This document shows positions 1-10,643 of a stretch of 64,000 bases of DNA, in pieces. The notes beneath the pieces are model-generated. The model was not told where the DNA came from and did no database searches. It worked only from the letters and a program-made list of their open reading frames with translations. The translations under genes were made by a program, and so were the position numbers. This DNA is from a bacterium (lineage in GTDB: Bacteria > SAR324 > NAC60-12), in contig CBDDTI010000746.1 of assembly GCA_965233585.1 (NCBI GenBank), positions 766,720-830,719 of the forward strand, in the 5' to 3' direction. Position 1 is the stretch's first letter, and each line of letters starts with the position of its first letter.

Positions 1-1664
1 TGAAAAGATTGATGCTGCCATAAGAACGCACCTGCCATGAAATAAACCTCCATTCTTTGAGCCGTTTCAAAGGTCAATGTTTTACCAAAGCCTCCTTCAA
101 ATTTTTTTACGTGGTTCAAAGTTTGGTCGGTCTCTAATCCCAAACGAAAACCCCATGCCCACTTGGCAAAAAAGGGAAGTGCCAGCGACGCACCATTCAA
201 TGCCCTCACTCTAATCAAATCTAACTGGTGCAGTTTGACTTCGTCATCAGCTGTTCTCAACCTCAAGTCCAAAGTCACCAAATCTGCATCAAACACACGT
301 CCAATGTCTAAGCCTAAAACATCATGGTAAGACGTCCAAATGCCTAATTCTGTGAAAGATTCCTTTGAGTTGTTTTGGAATTGGGCAAGACGTAGGCGAT
401 GAGGAGGAGAGCCTTGCGTGGGAGGGCGAAGACGGAACGGAGCAAGTGGTTTTTCAGCAGGAAGCTGGCTTCTCATTTGAAGCAGTTGAATCCTTTGCTG
501 TTTGGAAAGTAAAGGAGAATCATTTGCTTTTCTGTATTGATGGTAATCAAGGAGCAGGTCAAGAGATTCTGCTTGTTCTTCATCGGTTGCTTTTTGAAAA
601 AGTGGGTCATTCCAGCTGTCTGGGGATTCTGCGAGTGTTGAAAACAAAAGGCGTGCAGTAGGCGAGGCTTGCGAGAGACGTTGTAATAGTTTTCTTTCAC
701 GGGAGGGAATCAATCTAATGTTGGAGACAAGAGGTTTTGTTTGGTCTGATGTTTTCATTGTGGCAAGTGATTCAAACACTTCCAGAGGCATGAGCCAAAG
801 CTGATGTTCCTGTGTCAAACTTGGTGTGTCCCATGCCATTTCCAAAAGTTCTGCCAGCCTGTATGCACAATTTTCTTTAAAAAAGAAGTAATCAAATTCT
901 CCATTCAAAAGAAGTTCCCAAGCATGAGAGACGACACGCATCATTTCATACTTCGTCAAACGCAGCTCATATTCCCATAAATCCCGCAACTCTGATTCAC
1001 CATAAAGATTAGAAAAGTTATAAAACCGCTCATCTGCAAGGCGTCCTTTGTATGCACCAAAAACTCCCTTCAACGCATAAGACAAGACACCATCATCTGG
1101 AGAAATCAATGCACCAAAATTCAGTGTTGGGGAAAGCAGAGGGTGTCCAAAGATTCCACTGGTGTAATTCAGTCTCATTAAAAGATGACCATAGATAGAT
1201 GCAGGATTGCCCATGTAAGAAGAGGCAAAGATCATGCTGATTGAACCCAAACTTTCCAAATTTGCCCACTTTTCAAAGGCTTCACAAGGTGTCTGCAAAG
1301 ATTCTTTGAGTTGAGGCAAAGACATTTTGAGCCATTCAAAACGTGCAGGGAAGAGGCATTGAGGACGTTGGTCGCCTTGTGAGTCGCTTGACCAAAAGGC
1401 TCTGATAGTGGCTTCTAACTCTTGTTGTGCAGAAAGGTGTCCTTGTGCAGAGAAAAAGAATTGAGCATTTGTAATTTCACTTCGGTCGCCTTGATAATGC
1501 AAAAGGCGTCTCCAGTAAGGGTGTGATGACAGATTGAAACGTCTGGCTTGCTGAATCGTTTGTTTTTCTAATAAATCAGTTTTTCTGGATTCTTTTGCAA
1601 AAACAAAATCATTAGAAGTGATAACAATCAAGGAGATTGCCATCAGGACAAAAGTGAACTTCAT
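1..1664 (-). CDS. DUF4105 / Lnb-like exported protein (runs off the left edge; absent from the ORF track)
   Basis: Translated by hand from ATG 1664, which overlaps the glyQ TGA. Signal peptide [12 protein letters not shown], then [61 protein letters not shown]. The frame was open in every stretch checked down to base 1. Confidence 0.75.
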   Translation of the reverse strand, partial: MKFTFVLMAISLIVITSNDFVFAKESRKTDLLEKQTIQQARRFNLSSHPYWRRLLHYQGDRSEITNAQFFFSAQGHLSAQQELEATIRAFWSSDSQGDQRPQCLFPARFEWLKMSLPQLKESLQTPCEAFEKWANLESLGSISMIFASSYMGNPASIYGHLLMRLNYTSGIFGHPLLSPTLNFGALISPDDGVLSYALKGVFGAYKGRLADERFYNFSNLYGESELRDLWEYELRLTKYEMMRVVSHAWELLLNGEFDYFFFKENCAYRLAELLEMAWDTPSLTQEHQLWLMPLEVFESLATMKTSDQTKPLVSNIRLIPSRERKLLQRLSQASPTARLLFSTLAESPDSWNDPLFQKATDEEQAESLDLLLDYHQYRKANDSPLLSKQQRIQLLQMRSQLPAEKPLAPFRLRPPTQGSPPHRLRLAQFQNNSKESFTELGIWTSYHDVLGLDIGRVFDADLVTLDLRLRTADDEVKLHQLDLIRVRALNGASLALPFFAKWAWGFRLGLETDQTLNHVKKFEGGFGKTLTFETAQRMEVYFMAGAFLWQHQSF

Positions 1665-2545
1665 GCAATGTTTTGACTCAAGGGAAAGCCAAGCCGTTGA
1701 CGTTCATCAAAATAGAGTTTTGCCGCACGTTGGGTCAGTTTGCGTATTCTTGAGATGTAGGCGGCACGTTCTGAAACTGAAATTGCCCCTGCTGCATCAA
1801 GCAGGTTAAAAGTATGTGAACATTTGAGAATGTAATCATAAGCAGGGACGACTACTTCAGCATCCAAACACTGTTTGGCTTCTTGTTCATAGGCAATGAA
1901 TCTGTCAAAGAGCTGTTCTGGCTGGCAGATGTCAAAAGTATATTTAGAATGCTCAAACTCTTGCTGTTTAAAAACTGCTTCATATGAGACACCTTGAACA
2001 ACCTCTAAATCAAAGACATTTTCTTTGTTCTGCAAATACAAGGCAATTCTTTCTAAACCGTAAGTGAGTTCCACAGAAACAGGCTGGCACTCTAATCCTC
2101 CGACTTGTTGAAAATAGGTATATTGCGTCACTTCCATTCCATCAAGCCAGACCTCCCAGCCCACGCCCCATGCCCCAAGAGTTGGAGCCTCCCAGTTGTC
2201 CTCTACAAAACGAATGTCATGGTCTTCTGCAGAAATTCCAAGGCAACGAAGAGACTGCAAATAAAGTTGTTGAGAGTCTTGAGGTGAAGGCTTCAATAAA
2301 ACTTGGTATTGGTGATGTTTATAAAGGCGGTTTGGATTCTTTCCGTAGCGTCCATCAACAGGTCTTCGTGAGGGTTCAACATAAGCAACTTTCCAAGGTT
2401 CTGGACCAATAGCAGCCAAGCAAGTTGCAGGGTTCATTGTCCCTGCCCCTGTTTCTACATCGTAAGGATTGGCAAGTAAACAGCCTTGATTTGACCAAAA
2501 TTGATTTAGGGCTTGGATAATGTCTTGCAAAAAATAAACTGCCAT
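1661..2545 (-). CDS. glyQ: glycyl-tRNA synthetase alpha subunit
   Basis: Motifs [44 protein letters not shown] at 2545 follows AGAGG. Confidence 0.97.
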   Translation of the reverse strand: MAVYFLQDIIQALNQFWSNQGCLLANPYDVETGAGTMNPATCLAAIGPEPWKVAYVEPSRRPVDGRYGKNPNRLYKHHQYQVLLKPSPQDSQQLYLQSLRCLGISAEDHDIRFVEDNWEAPTLGAWGVGWEVWLDGMEVTQYTYFQQVGGLECQPVSVELTYGLERIALYLQNKENVFDLEVVQGVSYEAVFKQQEFEHSKYTFDICQPEQLFDRFIAYEQEAKQCLDAEVVVPAYDYILKCSHTFNLLDAAGAISVSERAAYISRIRKLTQRAAKLYFDERQRLGFPLSQNIA

Positions 2546-2555
2546 GCCTCTAACT

Positions 2556-3539
2556 CTATGCCGTTTCTGACTCAATCTTACGTTTCAAAAATGAAAACCA
2601 AGTACTACGCATTGTAAACAAAGCACGATCCAGCACGTACATTGACGAATTTCCATCTTCATAAAGGTCTTTTAAGGCTTGCAGCGACTTGATATTGCCA
2701 TCTGCCACAATGGGCTTTGGCGTATTTTGACGAATGAGAGCCAGCAGGTTGTCTTCAGATTTATCAAATTTATTCATAATGTAGGGCATAAAAGGGTGGA
2801 AGATGTCTAACCCTGCTTGGTCTAACAGACTGACAATTTCAGGAATATCTTGATCTGTAACGCCTTCTTCCAGCTTTTCATAGAGTGAAAAATGATAGCT
2901 AATCGGGACTTCTGGAGACACTCTTTCTCTGATGGCTTGAATGATCTCACACACAAAACGAAAGCGGTCTTGGAGCGTTTTACAACCATATTCATCATCG
3001 CGGAGGTTATAACGAGATGAAATACATTGGTCTAGCAAAAGTTGCTGTGTGCCATTGAGTTCTATGAAGTCTGCACCTGCCTCTTCCGCACGTTCTGCTG
3101 CATGCACAAAAAACATGATAATCTCTTGACGATCGCTTGCATCAAATTCCCGACTACTGCTGTATTCTTTGCTGATGTTGATGCGAGAAGGGGCAACTGG
3201 CTCTTCTCCGCAGATGTCTTCTGTGGTCTTCGCACCTGCATGGCTGAGACTCACTCCGACTGATGCTCCTTCTCTTTTGAGTGCTTTGATGAGGACTGCT
3301 AACTTCGCTAAATGTTGTTCGCTAGAGAGTCCAAGCTGGTGCATATCCGAGCTTCCTTGTTTCATCACATAAGCAGACTCTAACATGACAAGACCTGCTC
3401 CTTGAATGGCACGTTCGCGATAATGCCGAGTCATTGCAGGAATTGCTAACCCTTTTTTATCTGCTTGGTTTTCTTTGATAGCTGGAACAATGAGACGATT
3501 GCGGAAGGAAGCCCCCCCGATTTCAAATTTTTGAAACAT
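2556..3539 (-). CDS. Old Yellow Enzyme / NADH:flavin oxidoreductase-fold protein with degenerate active site
   Basis: [46 protein letters not shown] and RFRFVCEII match the OYE layout. The HxxHGYL motif reads NGTQQLL. Confidence 0.8.
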   Translation of the reverse strand: MFQKFEIGGASFRNRLIVPAIKENQADKKGLAIPAMTRHYRERAIQGAGLVMLESAYVMKQGSSDMHQLGLSSEQHLAKLAVLIKALKREGASVGVSLSHAGAKTTEDICGEEPVAPSRINISKEYSSSREFDASDRQEIIMFFVHAAERAEEAGADFIELNGTQQLLLDQCISSRYNLRDDEYGCKTLQDRFRFVCEIIQAIRERVSPEVPISYHFSLYEKLEEGVTDQDIPEIVSLLDQAGLDIFHPFMPYIMNKFDKSEDNLLALIRQNTPKPIVADGNIKSLQALKDLYEDGNSSMYVLDRALFTMRSTWFSFLKRKIESETA

Positions 3540-3831
3540 GATGAAATGTTGTGCTAAATCAGGTCATTAAGGAATTGAAAAGCTGATAGTCTAGCATGAA
3601 AAATGTGAATTGTTAAAGATTGACAAAAATTGTTAAAGATTGTTGGGAGTCCATGCCATGCCTGATGATAGATGACGTCTCAAGTCAAATGCAGAACCTG
3701 TCTTTCTGCCTATTTTTAAGCAGTGTTTTGAAAAATGCGTTTCTTTCTTTTCCTAAATATTATAGACTTGTAGCCGTTATTCAGTTTAGTTTTTTTCTCT
3801 TCCACCTTCTAATCCTGCCTGTTAGGCAAAG

Positions 3832-5568
3832 ATGCTATCCACTCGCAAAAAAGCTGTTAGAAAGTTTCAACCACATAAAGAAATTGACAAGCAAGTGTTT
3901 GTTTGTCAGTTATTGAGAGGCAAGCAAGTCACTTTGGCATTGCCTATCGCCAAGCAATCGGGGGTCTCTTCTATTGTGATTCCCAAAAGACATGACCTGT
4001 TGCACGCAAAAAACCAAGACTATGTGCAAGTGAGGTTGCTGAGAAGTCAGAAGAAGAGTAGAGATGTCTATGGTAAAGTTGAGCAAATTTTAGAGGGCGC
4101 TTCACCAGAAGGCTTGGCAATAGAGGCAATGTTAAGTCATAGAGAAGTGCGGAGAACTTTCCCTAAGGCTGTTCTGAAGGAAGCAGGGCAATTTTCATCG
4201 CGTGTGGCTCTTAAGGAAGGAAGAAAAGATTTGCGAGCGTTGCCTTTTGTAACGATTGATGGTTGCAATGCCAAAGATTTTGACGATGCCGTTTTTGTAG
4301 AAAAACAGGAGTCAGGTTGGCAAGTCTATGTGTCTATTGCAGACGTTGCCCATTACACCAAACCTCATTGTGAAATTGACAAGGAAGCGTACCTGCGGGG
4401 GACAAGTACCTATTTGCCCCAATTTGCAATCCCCATGCTACCTGAAAAATTAGCGAATGACCTTTGCAGTTTGCGACCTCATGTCAATCGGTTGACCTTG
4501 ACCTGTCAAATGGAACTTGATGCAAAGGGTTTTTTGAAGTCCACACAAATTTATGAGAGTGTGATTTATAGCTATGGGAGGTTGACCTATCAGCAAGTAG
4601 ATCAGCTGTTTCAAGGCAACCCGAAGGCAGTACGTTCCGAACAAGTTGCAGATTTATTGCATACCATGAACGAGCTGACCGACACTTTAATCCAGAAACG
4701 AAAAGAACGCGGAACATTGCAATTTGAGTTTGCTGAATATGTGCCTTTCTTTGAAGAACAGCAATTTGCACGATTCCAAAAACAACCTCCTTCTCGTTCT
4801 ATGAAACTCATTGAAAACTTGATGCTAGAAGCCAATGAGGCAGTCGCTCAGTACTGTCTTCAACACAAGTTGCCTGTGCTTTACCGAATCCATCAGTTTC
4901 CAAGCCAAGCTAAGCTGGGAAGACTTCACTCTATACAAGAACTCACTCAATTTGAATCCTCTCCGATTGAATCGCACCAGCAGATCAATCAACTGCTTAA
5001 CCATGTCTCCAGAAGTGTCTATGACAAACAGACGCAGCTGACCTTGCTTAAAGCCATGCCTCTTGCATCTTATCACCCTAAAAATCAAGGGCATTTTGGA
5101 CTGTCAGCAAAATTTTACACCCATTTCACGTCCCCTATCAGGCGTTATCCAGACTTGATTGTGCATCGTGCTATCAAGGCGCATCTAGCACAAACTCAAC
5201 AAACTCAACTCCCTGCTGATGCTGGGGACGTGCTTTCACAACGGGAACGTTTTGCTGAGAGTGTGGAACGTGAAAGTCTAGCGATTTTAAAGCTGGCGTA
5301 CTTTCAGAAGTATCTTGGACAAATTTTGGTTGGACAGGTTTGTGCAGTAGAGAATGGAGGGATTTTGTTGGAGTTTTTAGAGCTAGAATTGGAGTATTTT
5401 TTACCTCTACGTTTTTTGATTGATGATTTTTATTTGTATGATGAAAGTCAATTTTTGATGATAGGACAAGATTTAAGCAGGAAGATTACGCTTGGCAAAC
5501 GTCTCAAGTTGCTGGTGAAATCAGTCAATCTTTTTCAGCAAACACTTCAACTGAAATGGGTGAAATGA
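3832..5568 (+). CDS. rnr: RNase R / RNB family 3'-5' exoribonuclease
   Basis: TIDGCNAKDFDDA, IADVAHY, GHFGL, YTHFTSPIRRYPDL, and an S1-like C-terminus. Confidence 0.9.
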   Translation: MLSTRKKAVRKFQPHKEIDKQVFVCQLLRGKQVTLALPIAKQSGVSSIVIPKRHDLLHAKNQDYVQVRLLRSQKKSRDVYGKVEQILEGASPEGLAIEAMLSHREVRRTFPKAVLKEAGQFSSRVALKEGRKDLRALPFVTIDGCNAKDFDDAVFVEKQESGWQVYVSIADVAHYTKPHCEIDKEAYLRGTSTYLPQFAIPMLPEKLANDLCSLRPHVNRLTLTCQMELDAKGFLKSTQIYESVIYSYGRLTYQQVDQLFQGNPKAVRSEQVADLLHTMNELTDTLIQKRKERGTLQFEFAEYVPFFEEQQFARFQKQPPSRSMKLIENLMLEANEAVAQYCLQHKLPVLYRIHQFPSQAKLGRLHSIQELTQFESSPIESHQQINQLLNHVSRSVYDKQTQLTLLKAMPLASYHPKNQGHFGLSAKFYTHFTSPIRRYPDLIVHRAIKAHLAQTQQTQLPADAGDVLSQRERFAESVERESLAILKLAYFQKYLGQILVGQVCAVENGGILLEFLELELEYFLPLRFLIDDFYLYDESQFLMIGQDLSRKITLGKRLKLLVKSVNLFQQTLQLKWVK

Positions 5569-6038
5569 GAACGCTTACTACAAGAGAACTTGTTTTGCTT
5601 GGCGTGATGATTGTGTTGGCAGTGGTGTTTTTCATGATATTCAACACTCAAGGTCAACGTCCTCTTCCTGCCGCAGTGAAACCAAAGATTGTGAACGCTG
5701 GACAGCTGGACGCACTGGAACAACAATGGCGTCAAGTAGAAAGTCAAAAACTTCCACCTCTGCTGTCAGAACCTCTTTATATTTTTTTGGAAAAGAAAGC
5801 AGAAGAATTAGACCTAATCAAGCTGTTAGAATTGAATGAACTAGCCACCGCACCAGAGGGACAGGAAGGAGTTGGCGTAGAACTAGACCGCATTTATTTT
5901 GACAAACTCATTGAGTTTTTGTATGCCCTTGAAAATAACAAACCTGTCATTTTGGTCAGGCAATTAGACATCACACTTGTTCCGGGGACAGATTTGCTAC
6001 GGGCGTCTTTTCAAACCTACAAACAAACGAATCTCTAA
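5565..6038 (+). CDS. type II secretion GspM-like protein
   Basis: LTTRE followed by a single TM helix, and a C-terminal ferredoxin-like segment (LIEFLYALE). Near gspN-like and gspF genes. ATGA overlap with rnr. Confidence 0.65.
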   Translation: MRTLTTRELVLLGVMIVLAVVFFMIFNTQGQRPLPAAVKPKIVNAGQLDALEQQWRQVESQKLPPLLSEPLYIFLEKKAEELDLIKLLELNELATAPEGQEGVGVELDRIYFDKLIEFLYALENNKPVILVRQLDITLVPGTDLLRASFQTYKQTNL

Positions 6039-6983
6039 ATGGCTGTCCGTATTTCTCCAGCTGTTCTTTCCTTTTTCAAGGTCATCAATACCAAGTGGAC
6101 GCGTTGGGTCTTTGGGACGTTAGTCATCGTTGTCCTTCTAAACGAGTTGCTTTTTTTAGGCTTCAAGCAGACTTTTCCAAGCGTAGAAGTGTCTGATTAC
6201 ATCAAGCAACAAATAGAGCCTCATACCTATTTAAGCGTCAAAGTTGAGCCTGTGAAGTTGGACAGTTGGAGGCAGCTCACCTTTCCTCACCTCAGGTTAA
6301 CTGACCCAGCAAGCAATTCCCCTTTTTTTGACCTCTCTCAAGCGACTTTAAAATGGAAACCGGGATTTTCTCAACAATCGGTTTCATTGTCAGGTCAATT
6401 ATACGGGGGACAGCTTTCTGGACTGCTACAAGCCTTCCCTCTTGGAGATGGACAGTTGTCTTTGGAAAATGTGGCACTTCAGCAAGTGATCGCATTGCAT
6501 CATCTGCCTTATGTCAAACTTTCAGGCGTGTTGAAAAACCTCCGTGTCAAGATTGATGAAGCACAGCAACTGATGCAACTCCCCCAAGTTCTTCCCACTG
6601 GCTTTATCAATGCTTCTTTGCAAAATTTGAAGTTCCAATTCGCTCAAACACTGCCTTTGCCTATACAAGTACCAGAAATTACCCTGTCTGATGTCCAGTT
6701 TGTCATCATGTACGGGGAAGTTATTGAGGTACAGGAAGCTGTCCTTTCTGGCGACCTTGAAGGCACTGCTAGTGGAACAATTCAGGTAGACCGTGCCAAC
6801 TTTCTTAACTCTACTGCTACGTTCACGGTGAAATTTAAGTTGAGTCCTGATTTTAAAGAACGTTTAGCCAAAGACATCACGTTGAACTCTGTTTTATCTA
6901 TTGTCAAATGTGGTGATTTGATTCATGCAAAATTAAGTGGGACGTTACAGCTTTGGAATCCCCCTGCCAAACTTTGTTCATGA
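6039..6983 (+). CDS. type II secretion GspN-like protein
   Basis: N-terminal TM then TFP, LYGGQLSG, beta-rich body and terminal LSGTL, resembling deltaproteobacterial GspN. Follows the gspM-like gene. Confidence 0.6.
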   Translation: MAVRISPAVLSFFKVINTKWTRWVFGTLVIVVLLNELLFLGFKQTFPSVEVSDYIKQQIEPHTYLSVKVEPVKLDSWRQLTFPHLRLTDPASNSPFFDLSQATLKWKPGFSQQSVSLSGQLYGGQLSGLLQAFPLGDGQLSLENVALQQVIALHHLPYVKLSGVLKNLRVKIDEAQQLMQLPQVLPTGFINASLQNLKFQFAQTLPLPIQVPEITLSDVQFVIMYGEVIEVQEAVLSGDLEGTASGTIQVDRANFLNSTATFTVKFKLSPDFKERLAKDITLNSVLSIVKCGDLIHAKLSGTLQLWNPPAKLCS

Positions 6984-7993
6984 ATTGGAAAACTCTCTTA
7001 GCGGGGTGTGGGGCGTTATTCGTTTCGTTAGTGTTGACGATTTTGTGGCTCGTTTTTGACTACCTGCATTCTCCCATTTCTTCACAAACTCAAGACCAAA
7101 TGCTCATTATCAAGTCAGGCAGTAGCTTTGCCAAAGTAGAACAGCAACTTGTGGAATTAGGGTTGTTAGAGAAACCTGAAGAACTCAGGTTGTTGGCAGA
7201 GTGGCAAGGGGCGATTTACCGAATCCAGTCAGGAGAATATTTGATTTCTCCAAAATGGACTCCTGTTGAGTTGCTGGGGCGTTTGACTTCAGGGCAAACC
7301 ATGTTGCACAGCGTCACCTTACCAGAGGGCAAACGTTTTATTGAAGTTGTTGATATTCTACAAAAAAAGGGATTTGGACAAAAGGAGGATTTTTTAGTGT
7401 TGTTTGAAGATGAAGCCTTGTTAAAACAAATTGAAGTGTCTCCTACTCCTGCTAATCTTGAGGGTTTTTTATTTCCAGAGACGTATCTCTTTTCAAAATC
7501 TCTATCTCCACGCAAGATTTTCGGGGCAATGATTCGTCAGTTTAATCAAAATTATGTTCCACTCAAACCCCAAGCACGTAGGATTGGTTGGAGTGACCAG
7601 TCTGTCATCACTTTGGCATCTATCATTGAAAAAGAAACAGGGTTGTCCAAAGACCGTCCTCTCATTTCTGCGGTCTTTCATAATCGCCTCAAACGACGAA
7701 TGCGTTTGCAAAGCGACCCCACCGTCATTTATGGCATCGTCAATTTTGATGGAAATCTGACACGTCAGCATCTCAGAACAAAGACACCATTTAACACTTA
7801 CACTCATCGTGGCTTGCCCCCTCACCCGATTGCAAACCCCGGTCAAGAATCCATTCAAAGTGCTTTGCAACCTGCTGATGTCAATTACTTATATTTTGTG
7901 GCACGTGGGGACGGTTCAAGCCAGTTTTCCAAGACTTTGAAAGAACACAATCAAGCCGTGTGGAAATATCAAAAAAAACGTTCAAAACCATAA
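6980..7993 (+). CDS. mltG: endolytic transglycosylase MltG
   Basis: LEGFLFPETY, LASIIEKET, NRL...LQSDPTVIY, GLPPHPIANPG, YLYFVARGDG. Confidence 0.95.
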   Translation: MNWKTLLAGCGALFVSLVLTILWLVFDYLHSPISSQTQDQMLIIKSGSSFAKVEQQLVELGLLEKPEELRLLAEWQGAIYRIQSGEYLISPKWTPVELLGRLTSGQTMLHSVTLPEGKRFIEVVDILQKKGFGQKEDFLVLFEDEALLKQIEVSPTPANLEGFLFPETYLFSKSLSPRKIFGAMIRQFNQNYVPLKPQARRIGWSDQSVITLASIIEKETGLSKDRPLISAVFHNRLKRRMRLQSDPTVIYGIVNFDGNLTRQHLRTKTPFNTYTHRGLPPHPIANPGQESIQSALQPADVNYLYFVARGDGSSQFSKTLKEHNQAVWKYQKKRSKP

Positions 7994-7996
7994 ATT

Positions 7997-9250
7997 ATGC
8001 CCATTTTTCAATACAAAGCCTTTGACAACTCTGGACGCCAGAAAAAAGGCACATACGACGCCTCCTCTCCCCAAGAAGTGAGGCAATATATTCAGAGCCA
8101 ACAATGGCATCCTGTTGAGATTACAGAGTCTCATTTCATCAAAGGTTCTCCTTTACCCAACCTCCACATCCTAGAAAACCTCACTTCTTTTCTTGGAACA
8201 TTGATTCCATGGAAAAAAAACTACCGCAAAGCTGTTTCTACATTGAGCAGACAATTAGAGATTTTGCTTGGGGTGGGCATTCCCTATGACAAAGCCTTAG
8301 AGATGGTTGGTTCACAAACGCAAGACAAGGAGTTTCAGCACATTCTTTCAGGTGTGCGTGCCAAAATTTTGGAGGGTGAAAGTTTGCACAGTGCCTTAAA
8401 AAAATACCCAAAAGTGTTTTCTGTGATGTTTGTGAGCATGGTACGGTCTGGTGAAAATAGTGGACAACTTGACCAGATTATGAAAAGGCTTGCAGATTAT
8501 TATGAAAATCAAGAACAACTGATTGCCAAGCTCAAATCTGCCATGACCTATCCTATTTTTATGATGGTCTTCAGTGTGTCAGTTGTGATTTTTATGATGA
8601 CTTCCATTGTTCCCAAAATTACTGCTGTTTTTGAGACACGAGGTGCGGCATTGCCTATTCCCACCCAAATTCTAATCAATGCCAGCGACTTTTTAGAAAA
8701 CAACGGCAAGCTGACAGCTTTTTTGACAATGGTTTGCATCATGTCAATTTATGGATTCTTACGTTCTGCTGTTGGCATCAGATGCAAAGAACGCGTGCAA
8801 CTTCAAATCCCTGTCCTGAAAGACCTTGCGTTGAAGTCGTTGATTTTACAATTTTGCCAAACCCTTTCTACTTTGTTGCATAGCGGGGTGGATTTGAAAA
8901 ATGCACTTGAGATTGCAAAAAATGTGGTGGTGAATCATGTCTTGCGAGAAAAAATTGAGACATTAATTGTGGAAGTCAACAATCAAGGGTCATCACTTTC
9001 CAATGCCATGAGGCGTTCGGGCATCTTTCCTGAATATGTCTTACACGTGGTGTCTGTGGGGGAAGAGGCGGCAAAACTTGATGAGCTACTAGGCAAAGTG
9101 GCAGTCCGCATGCAAACAGAAGTGTCTAATACCATCACAACCCTCACCTCACTACTTCAGCCTTTGATGGTGATTTTCATGGGGGGCATGGTCGGTTTTA
9201 TTGCACTGGCAATGCTTCTACCCATGCTTGACATCAATCGGTTGTTGTAA
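7997..9250 (+). CDS. gspF: type II secretion inner-membrane platform protein GspF/PilC
   Basis: MPIFQYKA, RQLEILL, GENSGQL, LKSAMTYP and a duplicated T2SSF domain. Confidence 0.9.
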   Translation: MPIFQYKAFDNSGRQKKGTYDASSPQEVRQYIQSQQWHPVEITESHFIKGSPLPNLHILENLTSFLGTLIPWKKNYRKAVSTLSRQLEILLGVGIPYDKALEMVGSQTQDKEFQHILSGVRAKILEGESLHSALKKYPKVFSVMFVSMVRSGENSGQLDQIMKRLADYYENQEQLIAKLKSAMTYPIFMMVFSVSVVIFMMTSIVPKITAVFETRGAALPIPTQILINASDFLENNGKLTAFLTMVCIMSIYGFLRSAVGIRCKERVQLQIPVLKDLALKSLILQFCQTLSTLLHSGVDLKNALEIAKNVVVNHVLREKIETLIVEVNNQGSSLSNAMRRSGIFPEYVLHVVSVGEEAAKLDELLGKVAVRMQTEVSNTITTLTSLLQPLMVIFMGGMVGFIALAMLLPMLDINRLL

Positions 9251-9353
9251 ACACTGGCTCAAAATCAAATCCAGAACCTTTGACCTGTCAAAGTTAAAAA
9301 TCTCTTTCAAATCAAGAATTTCTCTAATAATTCAGATATTTTTTTTAAAAATA

Positions 9354-9382
9354 TTTACTTCTTGATAGATTGAGAATACAAT
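9354..9382 (+). promoter_or_regulatory. sigma70-type promoter of the lipoprotein gene
   Basis: TTTACT-17bp-TACAAT with an AT-rich upstream tract. Followed by a 5'UTR hairpin GTTGGGA/TCCCAAC (9396-9414) and an AAAGGAG RBS before ATG 9455. Confidence 0.55.
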
Positions 9383-9454
9383 GTATCACTCTGTGGTTGG
9401 GAGTGGTTCCCAACTTGTTAAACTTAATTCAATAACTTAATAAAGGAGTTCAAA

Positions 9455-10463
9455 ATGTACCAAAAACGTTTTAAAACCCTAAAAGTGTTAGCCGTCTCAA
9501 CAGCGTTTTCTTTGGGAGTGGCGGCATGTAACGAGAGCAAGTCAGATGAGGACGGTGATGAATTAACCCCCCCCCGAGCTAAGTTTTTCAGGGATTGATG
9601 TGACTTGTGGAATGCAAGTGACAGAAGCAGACATTCTTGAAAAAGTCACAGGTGAAAAACAAGGCTTTGTCCTGAAAAAAATTGAAGGAGTGAGTGGTGA
9701 TCTGGCAACTGTGTCAGAGGAAAAGAATCTCTCCTTTGCAAATGGGAAAACAGGGCAGGTCACGGCTACTTTGATTTTAAGCCAAGACGGCTATGAAGAT
9801 GCAACCATTGAAAATGCAAGATTCGCTACTAGTTCCATCAGTAATAACGGAGTGGATTATTGTGTTGTCAAAACCAAGACAGGACGCATCTGGCTAGATA
9901 GAAACCTTGGGGCAGAACAAGTGGCAGCTGCTGTTGACGACTCAAAAAGCTATGGCGACCTCTATCAGTTTGGACGAGGAAATGATGGACACCAGAAACG
10001 AGATAGCACCGTTATAACGACCAAAGCCACTGGAACCACTGCACCTGTGCCAGGTCATGGTAACTTCATTTATGATAGAGGTGAACTAAACTGGCATAGT
10101 GGTAAAAAAGAGGCAGAATTTTGGAAAGAAGATGGTTCTGGGATCAATAATCCTTGTCCTACTGGATTCAGAGTGCCAACGTCAGCTGAATATAATGCAG
10201 AAATTCAGCATTTTAACCCCCAAAATAAGGACGGTGCTTTCCAAAGTGCTTTAAAACTGCCGTCCAATGGTGACAGAGGTAGAACAGTGGCTCCGGGAGG
10301 ATTTTTTGGAATTTATTGGACTGCTAGTCTTAATAACCCGGATGATCCTACTGCCGCTACAGGTGATGACACTGGTTTTGCTTTAACTATCGCGGTGGTT
10401 TCAAACAGGGTTAAATCTGAGGAGAGACAAAAAGGTTTCGCGATTCGTTGCATCAAGAGTTAG
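9455..10463 (+). pseudogene. lipoprotein with C-terminal Fib_succ_major/FISUMP (C-type-lectin-like) domain, frameshifted at a poly-C tract
   Basis: RBS plus signal peptide/lipobox MYQKRFKTLKVLAVSTAFSLGVAAC. The C9 at 9567-9575 leads to a stop at 9598. The +1 frame carries WLDRNLGA, YGDLYQFGR, NPCPTGFRVPT and GFAIRCIK. Confidence 0.8.
9567..9575 (+). repeat. poly-C (C9) homopolymer at the frameshift
   Basis: Sequence ttaa-ccccccccc-gag. C8 or C11 would restore the full ORF. Confidence 0.9.
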
Positions 10464-10483
10464 TCTGATTTTCTTCTTCATTC

Positions 10484-10508
10484 AATTCCTGCTTTTTGGG
10501 CAGGAATT
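10484..10508. terminator. hairpin between convergent genes (probable terminator)
   Basis: AATTCCTGC-7nt loop-GCAGGAATT just after the stop at 10463. The U-tail is weak. Confidence 0.45.
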
Positions 10509-10643
10509 TCCTCATCTTCCAGCAAATCATGCTTGTTCTGTGCGTGACGCTTTTCCTTTAGTTTCATTTGTTTTGGCAAGGTTTTGTGTTTTCTAGGTTT
10601 CTCTTTTTAAGGAAGAGTTTGGGTTTTCCTGCCTGATAACAAG

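Noticed and set aside
365..700. Short ORFs 365-661 (+) and 473-700 (-)
   Set aside because: They are shadow ORFs inside the long minus-strand DUF4105 gene.
3620..3916. 98-aa ORF upstream of rnr
   Set aside because: Non-ATG start, overlaps rnr, no recognisable features, and lies in a divergent promoter region.
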